Origin: an uncultured bacterium
Lineage (GTDB): Bacteria; Muiribacteriota; UBA6191; CAZXTJ01; CAYOHP01
Assembly: GCA_964403795.1 (NCBI GenBank)
Contig: CAYOHP010000008.1
Location: 16,987 to 80,986 of the forward strand
Length of the DNA: 64,000 bases
Direction: 5' to 3'
In this document: piece after piece, positions 8,514 through 17,881 of the stretch
Numbering within the stretch: position 1 is the first letter of the stretch
How the letters are laid out: the number at the start of each line of letters is the position of its first letter
Translations under genes and position numbers: made by a program
Notes under the pieces: model-generated
Database searches by the model: none
Told to the model about the DNA's origin: nothing
Seen by the model: the letters and a program-made list of their open reading frames with translations, nothing else

Positions 8514-9661
8514 GCAGCCAGCCTCTCGGTTCCACGGTCCATGGCGGCCCTCCCGGCGACGCCACCGAGCCGGGTGGGCGGGGAGAAGGACGCTCCCAGG
8601 CGCACCGGATCGGTCGCCGACGCCAGGACCGGCGAGGTCATCCCGGCCCGCCGCAGGGCGGCGACCAGGGGACCGAGGAAGGCGCCGAGCAGCAGGGCCA
8701 GGGTCGGACCCCAGGGATCGATCAGCAGATCGGCCCAGACCAGCAGGAGCAGGCTGGCCAGCGAAGGACTCGCGACCCCCGCCAGGAGGACCGGGAGGGC
8801 CGCCCCGCCGAGACCGGGAAGCAGGACTCCCAGCAGGGCGAAGCCGGCTTCGATCCCCAGGACCAGGCCGGGCAGGGGGGGAAGCTCCAGCACCCGTCGC
8901 CCGGCGAGGAGCTGGGCCGTGGCCTGGGCGTGGAGGGACCGGGAGCCGCCCGGCTCGACCAGCACGATCCGGCCCGCCAGGGAGGAATCGGGACGCTCCA
9001 GGCGACGGCCCAGGCGGGCCCTGGGATCCCCGGAGGCGAGTTCCTCGTCGGAGAGGCCGAAGGCCCGGGCCTCCGAGGGCGGGATCGCCTCGGGGTCGTC
9101 GAGCCGGGCCTCCAGGCGCTGGTACTGGAGAGCCTCGCCCAGGACCTCGACGAAGGGACGCACCTCGATCGCCCCGAGGGCATCGACCGAGAAATCGAGC
9201 GGGGACCGGGGCCAGCCGCGGACCGGTCCGCCCATGGCCTCCACGGCTCGACGAGCCGGCGAGGCGCGGTCGAAGGGATAGCGGACCAGGGCTTCGCCCT
9301 CCCCGGGAGCCAGGGTCTCCGAGGGCTCGGCCACCACCACCGAGGCCGCTCCGGCGGCCTCCAGGTAGTCGACCACCGAACCCATCAGTCCGGGAGGCCA
9401 GGCATCCCTGGGTCCCAGTTGATCCTCAGTGGTCAGATCGGACCCGATCTCCACGACCAGCAGCCGGTCGAGCCCGCCGGCGGGGCCATGCCACCAGGAG
9501 CGGGCATCGAAGGCTACCCGGCCCGCGCCCTGGGCGAGGAAGCCGGGTGCCGGGACCCGCTGGGCAGCGGCCACCGCGGCCGCCACGGCCACGCCCAGGG
9601 CCAGAGCCCCGGGGCGGCCCGGTTCGGACCGGATTCGATCACGGGAAGGGTTTCTCGTCAC
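8510..9661 (-). CDS. CHASE2 sensor-domain membrane protein with no cytoplasmic output domain.
   Basis: N-terminal TM is followed by CHASE2 hallmark stretches (DRLLVVEIGSDLTTEDQLGPRDAWPPGLMGSVVDYLEAAGAASVVV). The C-terminus carries three TM helices. Proposed GTG start at 9659-9661. The 5' part of the 488-aa ORF looks like GC-frame noise. Confidence 0.55.
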   Translation of the reverse strand: MTRNPSRDRIRSEPGRPGALALGVAVAAAVAAAQRVPAPGFLAQGAGRVAFDARSWWHGPAGGLDRLLVVEIGSDLTTEDQLGPRDAWPPGLMGSVVDYLEAAGAASVVVAEPSETLAPGEGEALVRYPFDRASPARRAVEAMGGPVRGWPRSPLDFSVDALGAIEVRPFVEVLGEALQYQRLEARLDDPEAIPPSEARAFGLSDEELASGDPRARLGRRLERPDSSLAGRIVLVEPGGSRSLHAQATAQLLAGRRVLELPPLPGLVLGIEAGFALLGVLLPGLGGAALPVLLAGVASPSLASLLLLVWADLLIDPWGPTLALLLGAFLGPLVAALRRAGMTSPVLASATDPVRLGASFSPPTRLGGVAGRAAMDRGTERLAA

Positions 9662-9780
9662 CTCCCTTGGAACATCGGCAGACAAGGACGGACGTCGAAG
9701 CGCACCGACCCGGCACCCCGGGGAGGGCTCGCGGTCGCGGCACCGGGAACCGCACCCGGGGGCGCGGCTCCCGGCCTTCC

Positions 9781-11028
9781 TCAGTCGGTCCCTCCCAGGG
9801 TCGACCGGGACCCCTGGCTCTCGAGGAAGCGCACCACGTCGTCGAAGTGGCGGGACTCGATCCCGCCGGTGCGCACCCGGTGCTGGTCCCGGAACCCTCC
9901 GCCGTCGAAGATCCACAGCTCCCGCTGGCGGAGGCCCCAGGACGAGACCACCTGGAGGTGGCGGTAGTCGCCCCACCAGACCAGGGGCACGTACTTCATC
10001 ATCGCCATGCGCAGCGCGGTGTGGGAGCGGTCCGAGAAGCGGCCGCCCGAAGGCGATTCGGTGGCCAGGATGGCGGCGTTCAGGTTGGCCTTGGCCCTCA
10101 GCATGGCGAGCGCGAACCGGACCGAGGTGGGCTTGACCAGGGTGTCGAAGATCGAGGTCGTGGTGTAGCGGTACAGGATCCAGCCTGTGAGGCTACGGCG
10201 CTCCTCGTCGGGGTTGGCGGGCTTGATGCGCTCGCGCTCCAGGATCTGCCGGGCCTCGGCGGCGTCGGCCAGGGCGGCGTCGAGACCCGCCAGGTAGCGG
10301 TCGGAGAGCGGCTCGGCGACCGAGACCGACAGGTGGGTGCCGCGTCGGACACCGGACGAGGTGGGAAGGCCGACAGGGCGCGCCTCCCATCTCGAGGTGA
10401 GGAGCGGGCGCGACTGCGAGTCCCTCCAATGGGGGCCGTTGTAGAACATGCTGCGGGCCCCGGCCCAGCCGTGGAGCTGGTCGTGGAGGGTGGCGAGCCG
10501 CACCGATTCGAGTCGGGCCTCGAGGGCCCAGGCGGGCTCGTCGCGGGCCTCCATGGTGGCGAGGGTGCGGTGGGCGGCCTGGAGCTTGCCGTTGGCCGCC
10601 AGGATCGCGGCCGAGAGGTCGTCCGCCAGCCGGACCGCCCGGTTGTAGCGGGCCAGGTCGGAGAAGCCGAGCTTGTTCCGGCCCGAGTCCGACTGGTACT
10701 CGGCGGCCCGGTAGATCTCGGCGTAGAGATCCATGGCGGAGACCAGCTGCCGGTCGGCTTCGGCGAGGTCGGCGACGACTCCGTCCCAGTGGGGGGACAC
10801 GGGATGGGCCCCGGCGTGCAGGGGGAAGCCGCCTCGCCCGTCGCCGGTCCCGGTTCCGGTGCCTGCGGCTCCTGCCGCGCCCGGGGGCAGGGCCACAGGA
10901 GTCCGGCCATCGCCGGTTCCGGAGGCCAGGTCTTCGAAGCCGAGCTGGGCGGGACACGGGGGGGGGAGGGAGAGCAGGAGTGCCAACAGGAGCGAGGAAG
11001 AAGGGATCGAGGGTCGCATCGTTTCCAT
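9781..11028 (-). CDS. Hypothetical secreted protein (signal peptide, no recognised domain). It is the first gene of the CHASE2/FecR/tol-pal gene string.
   Basis: METMRPSIPSSSLLLALLLSLPPPCPAQ is a signal peptide. It is followed by ~390 aa of non-repetitive sequence with good coding-like composition. Confidence 0.5.
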   Translation of the reverse strand: METMRPSIPSSSLLLALLLSLPPPCPAQLGFEDLASGTGDGRTPVALPPGAAGAAGTGTGTGDGRGGFPLHAGAHPVSPHWDGVVADLAEADRQLVSAMDLYAEIYRAAEYQSDSGRNKLGFSDLARYNRAVRLADDLSAAILAANGKLQAAHRTLATMEARDEPAWALEARLESVRLATLHDQLHGWAGARSMFYNGPHWRDSQSRPLLTSRWEARPVGLPTSSGVRRGTHLSVSVAEPLSDRYLAGLDAALADAAEARQILERERIKPANPDEERRSLTGWILYRYTTTSIFDTLVKPTSVRFALAMLRAKANLNAAILATESPSGGRFSDRSHTALRMAMMKYVPLVWWGDYRHLQVVSSWGLRQRELWIFDGGGFRDQHRVRTGGIESRHFDDVVRFLESQGSRSTLGGTD

Positions 11029-11349
11029 CCGGTTCCGAGAACCTTCGAGGCAGAAGCCGGGAGTCCGGCGTTGGGCTGCTCCTCGCACGACCCATGCCAG
11101 GACCGTCGATGCCGGACGGGGAACCTTCCGGGGATCGAGAGGTGGCTACTCAGGTTCGTGAACCGTGCCTGCCTCGGCCCATTCCGGATCGATTCAGGAT
11201 GTCAAGCCATGCGGCGAGCGTCGCCCATTTTCGCCCAATCCAAGGATCCCAGTGGCGATCCGGGCGATTCCGGGGCACACTGGAAGGGCAGGTGTCGCCT
11301 CGACTCCGCTCGCGGAGCTGGACGGCGACCGGCCCCACGGAGGTTCGAG

Positions 11350-12546
11350 ATGGCGGGTTCCGATCTTCCCGGCGGATCCGACGGCCTCGACCCCACCGCG
11401 TCCCGGACCGAAGCCACGGTGGAGGTGGAGGCGTCCCGGCAACCTTCCGGTGCGGGTTCCGGTGCCGGCCCCGGACCGGGGGGCAGCCTCTCGGGGGACA
11501 TGACCGGACCCCGGGCCAGCGAGCACTTCGTCGAGTCGACCAACGAGGACACCATCCCCTCGGAGGTCCTGGGTCGGCGGATCTGCGACTTCCTGCTCAC
11601 CATCGACGAGAGCCCGCTGGCCCCGGTGATCCGCCGCTTCCAGGAGGAGCTCCTGGGCCGGGGCATCGACAAGCTGAAGCCGGTCTTCTACCTGACCGAC
11701 GAGTGGGGAGTCCCGGACGGCACGGTGGCCATCGGGATCCCGTTCTACCTGGCCGATCCCGCCCTGCGGCGGGTGCATGAGGCCAGGGTCGGGCTGGTGG
11801 AAGGTACCGACGACGAGGACCTGCTCCGCTACCTGCGCCACGAGATGGGCCACGTCGTGAACTACGCCTACCGCCTCTACCAGACCGAGGACTGGACGGC
11901 GCTGTTCGGGCCGATGGCCCGGCCCTACGTCGAGGACTACGTCTCGATCCCCTTCAGTCCCGACTACGTGCGCCACCTCCCCGGGAACTACGCCCAGAAG
12001 CACCCCGACGAGGACTGGGCCGAGACCTTCGCGGTCTGGATGACCCCCGGCCTCGATTGGCGCGGCCTCTACGAGGATTCCCCCGGCGCCCTGGCCAAGC
12101 TCGAGTACTGCGACCGGGTACTGGCCGAGTCGGTGAAGCGGGAGCCCGAGGTGGTGGTGACCACCCTGCTGACCGACGTCACCGAGATCGACCAGACGGT
12201 CCAGGAGTTCTACGAGCACTTCCAGCTCGGCACCGTGCGGGTGCCCCGCAGCCTGGACGGCGACCTGCGCGGGATCTTCATCCCCAACGACCCGAACCTG
12301 CGCCAGGGCGTGGCCCACATGCTGCTCCGGCGGCAGCGGGACTCCTTGGCCGCCACCGTGTACCGCTGGACCGGGGTCGACCCGAGCTTCACCCAGGAAC
12401 TCCTCCACCACCTGATCGCCCGCGCCCGGGCGCTGGACCTGGCCTACCACCTGAACGAACGCGACACGGTGCTGGTCCAGGTCTCGAGCTTCCTCACCAC
12501 CCTGGCGATGAACTACGCGTACCGGGGGAAGCCGATACCTTCTTAG
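11350..12546 (+). CDS. Putative zinc-dependent metallopeptidase (HExxH motif; 'putative zinc-binding metallopeptidase' type).
   Basis: The only non-noise part of the 1857-aa ORF 6973..12546 is its C-terminal ~400 aa. These contain LRYLRHEMGHVVNYAY (HEMGH) and, downstream, DEDWAETFAVWMTP, which could be a third zinc ligand. The exact start is uncertain (ATG 11350, or later at MTGPRASE). Confidence 0.6.
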   Translation: MAGSDLPGGSDGLDPTASRTEATVEVEASRQPSGAGSGAGPGPGGSLSGDMTGPRASEHFVESTNEDTIPSEVLGRRICDFLLTIDESPLAPVIRRFQEELLGRGIDKLKPVFYLTDEWGVPDGTVAIGIPFYLADPALRRVHEARVGLVEGTDDEDLLRYLRHEMGHVVNYAYRLYQTEDWTALFGPMARPYVEDYVSIPFSPDYVRHLPGNYAQKHPDEDWAETFAVWMTPGLDWRGLYEDSPGALAKLEYCDRVLAESVKREPEVVVTTLLTDVTEIDQTVQEFYEHFQLGTVRVPRSLDGDLRGIFIPNDPNLRQGVAHMLLRRQRDSLAATVYRWTGVDPSFTQELLHHLIARARALDLAYHLNERDTVLVQVSSFLTTLAMNYAYRGKPIPS

Positions 12547-12563
12547 TTTGGCGGAGGGGGGTC

Positions 12564-12800
12564 GGTGCCCCCCTCCTGCACCTTCCCCCACTTTCCCGGG
12601 TCTGGCTGGTTGGACCTTGGCGCCTGCCGGCGGCTGGCCTGGATGGTCCATGGCAGCCAAGAGCCAGCGGGCCGAGGCTACGCCTCGTCACGCTGGCGTT
12701 GACGAGGGTCGTACGGCCCCGGTGCCCCCCTCCTGCACCTTCCCCCACTTTCCCGGATCTGGCTGGTTGGACCTCGGCGCCTGCCGGCGGCTGGCGTGGA
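12564..12800. repeat. Two ~80-bp imperfect direct repeats about 157 bp apart, with an 8-bp-stem hairpin between them, in the 3'-3' intergenic region.
   Basis: Copy 1 (12564-12643) and copy 2 (12721-12800) both read ggtgcccccctcctgcaccttcccccactttcccgg(g/a)tctggctggttggacct(t/c)ggcgcctgccggcggctggc(c/g)tgga, with 3 mismatches. Between them, cctcgtca-cgctggcgt-tgacgagg forms a perfect inverted repeat at about 12693-12717. Confidence 0.8.
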
Positions 12801-12808
12801 CCTTGCCC

Positions 12809-14490
12809 CTACAGGCCGTGCCAGGGAGGGGGGCGACCCAGGGGGGAGAACTCCGGCCGGCGGGCCAGGTAGGTGGGGCGGTGGGCCAGGAAGGCCTTGT
12901 GCTCGGCCTTCACCGCAGCCGAGACCTTGAAGCCCCGGGGGGCCTTGTCGAGGGCGGTCCAGAGCAGCGGCATGATCCGGTGGCGGTGCCACTCCATCGG
13001 ATCCCGGTCCTGGGACCCGGGACGGGGATCAGAGGTCGCGGCCTGGTGGACGTATTCGACGAAGCGGTCGATCACCTCGTGGGCGATCACCGCCCGCTCG
13101 CCCCGGGGCAGCACCCTCCAGGCTTCCCAGAAGAGGACCCCCGGCTCCAGGAAATCGGTCTTGATCCTTCCCCCGCTCGCCTCCAGGGTCGCTGCCCGCG
13201 CCTCCCGCCGCAGCCGTCCGAGCAGCGCCGCGCCTCCATACCGGCGGACCGTCTCCTCCCCGTCCATGAGCAGGAGGTCCTGGGCCAGGGTCGGCACCAC
13301 CGTCACATGCGGGTTCGCCATCAGCCAGCGGGCGTGGTTGGTGTAGAGGAGGAGCGACTCCACGAAATCCCGGGCGCTCGACTTGCACACCTGGCCTCGA
13401 TACTCCCAGGTCGCCTCCCGGTAGACCATGGCGAGGTCCAGCGGTGCGTCGTACTCGGGCACCCGCGCCTCGTCGAGGACCTTGTCGCTCTTCACGTGGC
13501 ACTCGCCGGCGATCTGCAGCCGGTTCAGGTTCCCCTCGCCGTACCGCCCGATCTGGTCCGGCCGGTACCCGGTCTGGCGCACATGGGCCGACTGCCAGTA
13601 CCCGCAATGGATGACCTGGGCGCGCTTGCGGACCGCCCGCCCGAAGGCGAAGTTGGTCTGGAACACCTCGCGAGGCGAGCCCACCGGCCCGGTGCGCGGG
13701 TCGACCAGACCCGGAGGCGGATTGGCAGCCGGTCCCCAGCCCCGGTCCCAGATGGCGTTCTCGGACGTCAGCGTCCCCACCGCGGAAGGATGGAAGCCGC
13801 CTTCCCAGTACGCCTCGATCAGCCGACGGAAGGCGTCGTAGCGCTTGCGGGTGGCCCGGAACGGCCGGTCGTCGGGATTGGGGAAGTCCATCACGAAGCA
13901 CGAGAGCTCGGGATGGTTCAGGCGGGTGGCGATGTCGTCGACCAGGAGGCTCCCCACCATGAAGGTCTTGGCCGAGATGCTGAACTGGCAACCGCCGTGG
14001 AGCAGGGTGCCGACGAGTCCCAGGCTGGCGGGCACGTCCCAGATGTAGGCCTGCAGGAAGTCCACGAACTCGTCCAGGTGGAACCACTCGAGCGGGACCG
14101 GCTTGATCGAGAACTCGATGGTCTCGGGGTCGGTCGTGACCCTGACCTTGAGATCCCGGTGACCCGGCTCCCGGAAGCGGAACCTGAGGCCCTGGCGCCG
14201 GAATCCCCAGGGGTCCTTCTCCTTGCGCAGGTGCACGCTGCCGAACAGGCTGGTCGGGGCTCCCGCGGCCAGGTCGGCCTGGTAGCGTTCGACGATCCTC
14301 CGGGCGATCCGCTCCTGGAGCTCGAGCATGTAGGGATGCTCGAAGTAGTCGACCTCGCCGCCCTCCCGCGCCGCCAGGTGCTCCCAGAGACGCACCGTGC
14401 GCTTGGACTGGAAGGTCGGCTCCATGCCGATCCAGGCCTGGTCGAACCCCGTGGTGGTGGGTTCGTGGAAGGTCGACAGCACCGCCACCA
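12809..14490 (-). CDS. Large conserved-looking hypothetical protein (~560 aa, cytoplasmic). Function unknown.
   Basis: Long ORF with non-repetitive, balanced amino-acid composition, unlike the GC-frame noise ORFs. No family motif that I can name. Start proposed at ATG 14488-14490 (MVAVLSTFHEP). The upstream 97 codons are Lys/Arg/Gly low-complexity. Confidence 0.5.
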
Positions 14491-14762
14491 TGCGGCTGTC
14501 GTCGGCCCTGGGCCCCGCGTCGCCGTCCCGGACCGGGTGGGTCGGGGCGGCTTCCTCGAGCCTGCGCTTCCTTTCCTTCTTCCGCTTGCCGGGTCGTCCC
14601 CGCTGCTTGCCCACTCGTTTCCCTCGGACCTGGCGTGCCGGCGCCGGCGACGCTCCCGCCCCCATCGTGACCCATGGACCGGCGATCCCCAACCCCGGTC
14701 CCACCTCGAACCTTGACGGAGGCCTCGGGGGGGTGTCGAATCCGGCCCGAACGGAGGCCCCG

Positions 14763-15500
14763 GTGCCGGTCCTCGCGGTCATCCCGGCCAGGATGGAGTC
14801 CCAGCGCTACCCGGGCAAGGTCCTGGCGGACCTGCTCGGAGCGCCGATGATCCTCCACGTCCTCCGGGCCGTGCAGCAGTCCCGGCTGGTCGACAAGGTC
14901 GTGGTGGCCACCGACAGCGTCCAGGTCCAGAGCGTGGTGATCGAGAACGGCGGGGTCGCCATCATGACCCGGAGCGACCACCAGAGCGGCTCCGACCGGA
15001 TCGCCGAGGTGGCCGAGGGCCAGCCGGACTTCGACCTGATCGTGAACGTCCAGGCCGACGAGCCGATGATCAGCCCCTCGGTGGTCGACGAGCTGGTCCA
15101 GGGGTTCGGGACCGGCGAGGGTTTCGTGATGGGCACCCTGGCCCGCAAGATCTCCGATGCCTCCCAGGTGAAGGACCCCAACTCGGTGAAGGTGGTCTTC
15201 GACCGCGCCGGATCGGCCCTCTACTTCAGCCGGGCCCCCATCCCCTTCCGTCGCGGCAAGGAAGGGCCCAGCTACTACAAGCACGTCGGCGTCTACCTCT
15301 TCCGACGCGACTTCCTCCTCAAGTTCCCCACCCTGCCTCCCTCGGCCCTCGAGGCCGCCGAGAAGCTCGAGCAGCTACGGGTGCTCGAGGCCGGGTACCG
15401 GATCCGGGTCGTCAAGACCAACTACGAGAGTCACAACGTCGAGACGGCCGAGGACCTGGCGAAGGTCCGGGAGCTGATGCGGGCCAAGCGGAACCGCTAG
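14763..15500 (+). CDS. kdsB: 3-deoxy-manno-octulosonate cytidylyltransferase (CMP-Kdo synthetase).
   Basis: VLAVIPARMESQRYPGKVLADLLGAPMILHV...IVNVQADEPMI are classic KdsB motifs. Proposed GTG start at 14763. Confidence 0.85.
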   Translation: MPVLAVIPARMESQRYPGKVLADLLGAPMILHVLRAVQQSRLVDKVVVATDSVQVQSVVIENGGVAIMTRSDHQSGSDRIAEVAEGQPDFDLIVNVQADEPMISPSVVDELVQGFGTGEGFVMGTLARKISDASQVKDPNSVKVVFDRAGSALYFSRAPIPFRRGKEGPSYYKHVGVYLFRRDFLLKFPTLPPSALEAAEKLEQLRVLEAGYRIRVVKTNYESHNVETAEDLAKVRELMRAKRNR

Positions 15501-15543
15501 TCCCGGATCCAGGATCCGGGGCCCGACCCCGGGAGAGGCGAGA

Positions 15544-16425
15544 ATGAAGATGCGAACCCGCAGCGTCCGGATCGAGGGCTTCGACATCGCCATCGGGAGC
15601 GATCATCCGTTGTGCGTGATCTCCGGGCCCGACGTGCTCGAGGACCTCGACTCGGCGCTGGTGATCGCCCGCAACGTGAAGTCGCTCTGCGACCGGCACG
15701 GGTTCGGCTACGTCTTCAAGGCCAGCTACGACAAGGGCAACCGGGCCAAGTCGGGGAGCTACCGCGGTCCGATGCTCGAGAAGGGTCTCGCCCTCCTCTC
15801 CCGGGTCCGGGACGAGGTGGGATGCCCGGTGCTCACCGACGTCCACTCGGTCGAAGAGGCGGCGGTGGCCGGCGAGGTCGTCGACATCGTGCAGGTTCCC
15901 GCGTTCCTCTGCATGCAGACGGAAGTCGTGCACGCGGCGGCCCGCACCGGCAGGGTCGTGAACCTGAAGAAGGGGCAGTTCCTCGACCCCTGGGCGGCCC
16001 AGTCGCTCGCCGCCAAGGCCATGGAGACCGGCAACGACAAGATCCTGCTGACCGAGCGGGGCACCACCTTCGGCTACCAGAACCTGGTCTCCGACATCCG
16101 GTGCCTGCCGATCATGCGCAGCACCGGCTGCCCGGTGGTCTACGACCCGACCCACATCATCCGGCGGCCCGGCCTCCCGGCCAGCGCTCCCGAGGGCGGC
16201 CAGCCCGAATTCGTCCCCCATCTGACCCGGGCCGCGGTGGCGGCCGGGGTCGACGCCTTGTTCCTGGAGACCCATCCCGAGCCGCGTCTCGCCGGCTGCG
16301 ACCAGTCGAGCATGCTGCGGCTCTCCTACATGCCCGAGATCCTGGACCAGGCGGCCCGGCTCCACGCCCTGGTGCGGGAGTGGGACCTGGGGATCCGCGG
16401 CCGGGACCAGTACGGCTTCGTCTGA
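15544..16425 (+). CDS. kdsA: 3-deoxy-8-phosphooctulonate (Kdo8P) synthase, paralog 1.
   Basis: GYVFKASYDKGNRAKSGSYRGP (KxNR motif), QVPAFLCMQTE and VVYDPTHI match KdsA along its full length. Confidence 0.85.
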   Translation: MKMRTRSVRIEGFDIAIGSDHPLCVISGPDVLEDLDSALVIARNVKSLCDRHGFGYVFKASYDKGNRAKSGSYRGPMLEKGLALLSRVRDEVGCPVLTDVHSVEEAAVAGEVVDIVQVPAFLCMQTEVVHAAARTGRVVNLKKGQFLDPWAAQSLAAKAMETGNDKILLTERGTTFGYQNLVSDIRCLPIMRSTGCPVVYDPTHIIRRPGLPASAPEGGQPEFVPHLTRAAVAAGVDALFLETHPEPRLAGCDQSSMLRLSYMPEILDQAARLHALVREWDLGIRGRDQYGFV

Positions 16426-16438
16426 TGGGGAACGAGCC

Positions 16439-17020
16439 ATGATCGCGGCGCCTCTCGAACCGGTCCACTCGGGTGCCGCCGGGCGCCGCCACCCCGAGTT
16501 CGAAGCCCGGGCCCGGAGGGTCCGGGTCCTGCTCTTCGACGTCGACGGCGTGTTCACCGACGGGGGAGTGATCCTCGGGTCCGGGGGCTTCGAGTCCAAG
16601 CGCTTCCACATCCAGGACGGCATGGGGATCACCCTGGCGCACCAGGCCGGACTCGAGACCGGGGTTCTGACCGGCAGGGTCTCCGAGGCGGTGGAACGCC
16701 GGGCCCGCGAGCTGAAGATGCGCCACGTGGTCCAGGGTGCCGGGGACAAGGCACCGGCGTTCGCCGCCTTGCTGGCACGGGAAGGACTGGCCGCCGAGGA
16801 AGTCGCGTTCATGGGCGACGATCTCCAGGACCTTCCCGTCATGATCCGGGTCGGTCTCGCCATGGCCCCGGCCAACGGCCGGGTCGAGGTGCGGGACCGG
16901 AGCCACATGGTCACCCACGCCATCGGTGGTTCCGGGGCGGTACGGGAGGCGATCGAAGCCATCCTGGTGGCCCGCGGGAGCTGGGATGGACTGGTCGCGT
17001 CCTACCTGGAGGCGGGATGA
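16439..17020 (+). CDS. kdsC: Kdo 8-phosphate phosphatase (HAD superfamily, KdsC).
   Basis: LLFDVDGVFTDGGV (HAD motif I), GMGITL, and FMGDDLQDLPVM (motif III). It sits between the two kdsA genes. Confidence 0.8.
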   Translation: MIAAPLEPVHSGAAGRRHPEFEARARRVRVLLFDVDGVFTDGGVILGSGGFESKRFHIQDGMGITLAHQAGLETGVLTGRVSEAVERRARELKMRHVVQGAGDKAPAFAALLAREGLAAEEVAFMGDDLQDLPVMIRVGLAMAPANGRVEVRDRSHMVTHAIGGSGAVREAIEAILVARGSWDGLVASYLEAG

Positions 17021-17868
17021 CCCCGGTACGAACGGTTCGGATCGGATCGGTGGCGATCGGACCCGATCAACCCCTCGGACTGATCCTCGGCCCCTGCGTG
17101 GTCGAGGATCCGGAGCGCACCCTGGCGATCGCCCGCCGGGCCCGGGACATCGCCCGGGAAGCCGGTCTGCCCTTCGTCTTCAAGGCCAGTTACGACAAGG
17201 CGAACCGCACCAGCCTGGCGTCGTACCGAGGGCCCGGGGTCGACGAGGCGCTCGCCACCCTGGCCTCGATCAAGCGGGAACTCGGCGTCCCGCTGCTCAC
17301 CGACGTCCACCGGGAGGACGAGATCGAGCGGGCGGCCGCGGTCGCCGACTGCCTCCAGATCCCGGCGTTCCTGTGTCGCCAGACCGACTTCGTGGTGGCG
17401 GTGGCCAGGGCGGGGCGGGCCGTCAACGTGAAGAAGGGGCAGTTCCTCTCCCCCTGGGACGTCGGCCCCATCGCCGAGAAGGTGCTCTCGACCGGCAACC
17501 CGAATCTGCTGCTCACCGAGCGGGGAGCCAGCTTCGGCTACCAGAACCTGGTGGTCGACATGCGCTCGCTGCCCGCCATGCGGGCGGTCGGCTTCCCGGT
17601 GGTCTTCGACGCCACCCACTCGGTGCAGCTCCCCGGTGCCCACGGCCACGAGACCGGCGGGATGCGTCCCTACATCCCCTACCTGGCCAGGGCCGCGGTC
17701 GCCGCCGGCTGCGACGCGGTGTTCATGGAGGTCCACGACGACCCCGAACAAGGGCTCTCGGACCGGGCCACCATGTTCCCGCTCGCCGACCTGGAGCGGC
17801 TGGTCGGCGACCTGGCGGCGCTCGACCGGATGTCCCGGGAGCGCGGCTTCCGCGGCGCCATCGGGTAG
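17017..17868 (+). CDS. kdsA: Kdo8P synthase, paralog 2. It carries the Cys-type (metal-dependent) residue at the N26/C11-equivalent position.
   Basis: LILGPCVVEDPE..., LPFVFKASYDKANRTSLASYRGPG, IPAFLCRQTD and VVFDATHSVQ. The ATG overlaps the kdsC stop (ATGA). Confidence 0.85.
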   Translation: MTPVRTVRIGSVAIGPDQPLGLILGPCVVEDPERTLAIARRARDIAREAGLPFVFKASYDKANRTSLASYRGPGVDEALATLASIKRELGVPLLTDVHREDEIERAAAVADCLQIPAFLCRQTDFVVAVARAGRAVNVKKGQFLSPWDVGPIAEKVLSTGNPNLLLTERGASFGYQNLVVDMRSLPAMRAVGFPVVFDATHSVQLPGAHGHETGGMRPYIPYLARAAVAAGCDAVFMEVHDDPEQGLSDRATMFPLADLERLVGDLAALDRMSRERGFRGAIG

Positions 17869-17881
17869 CAGGCTCGCCCCG

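Noticed and set aside
11090-11349. 260-bp intergenic region checked for tRNA or small RNA (it contains ggttcgtgaacc, superficially T-loop-like).
   Set aside because: No cloverleaf can be drawn: no acceptor-stem complement and no anticodon stem. It is most likely just the promoter/5'UTR of the peptidase gene.
6973-12546. 1857-aa ORF on the plus strand spanning 5.5 kb.
   Set aside because: Only the last ~400 codons (the HExxH peptidase) look like protein. The rest is Arg/Pro/Gly/Ala-rich frame noise, typical of antisense reading in >70% GC DNA. It overlaps well-supported minus-strand genes (FecR, CHASE2, secreted hypothetical).
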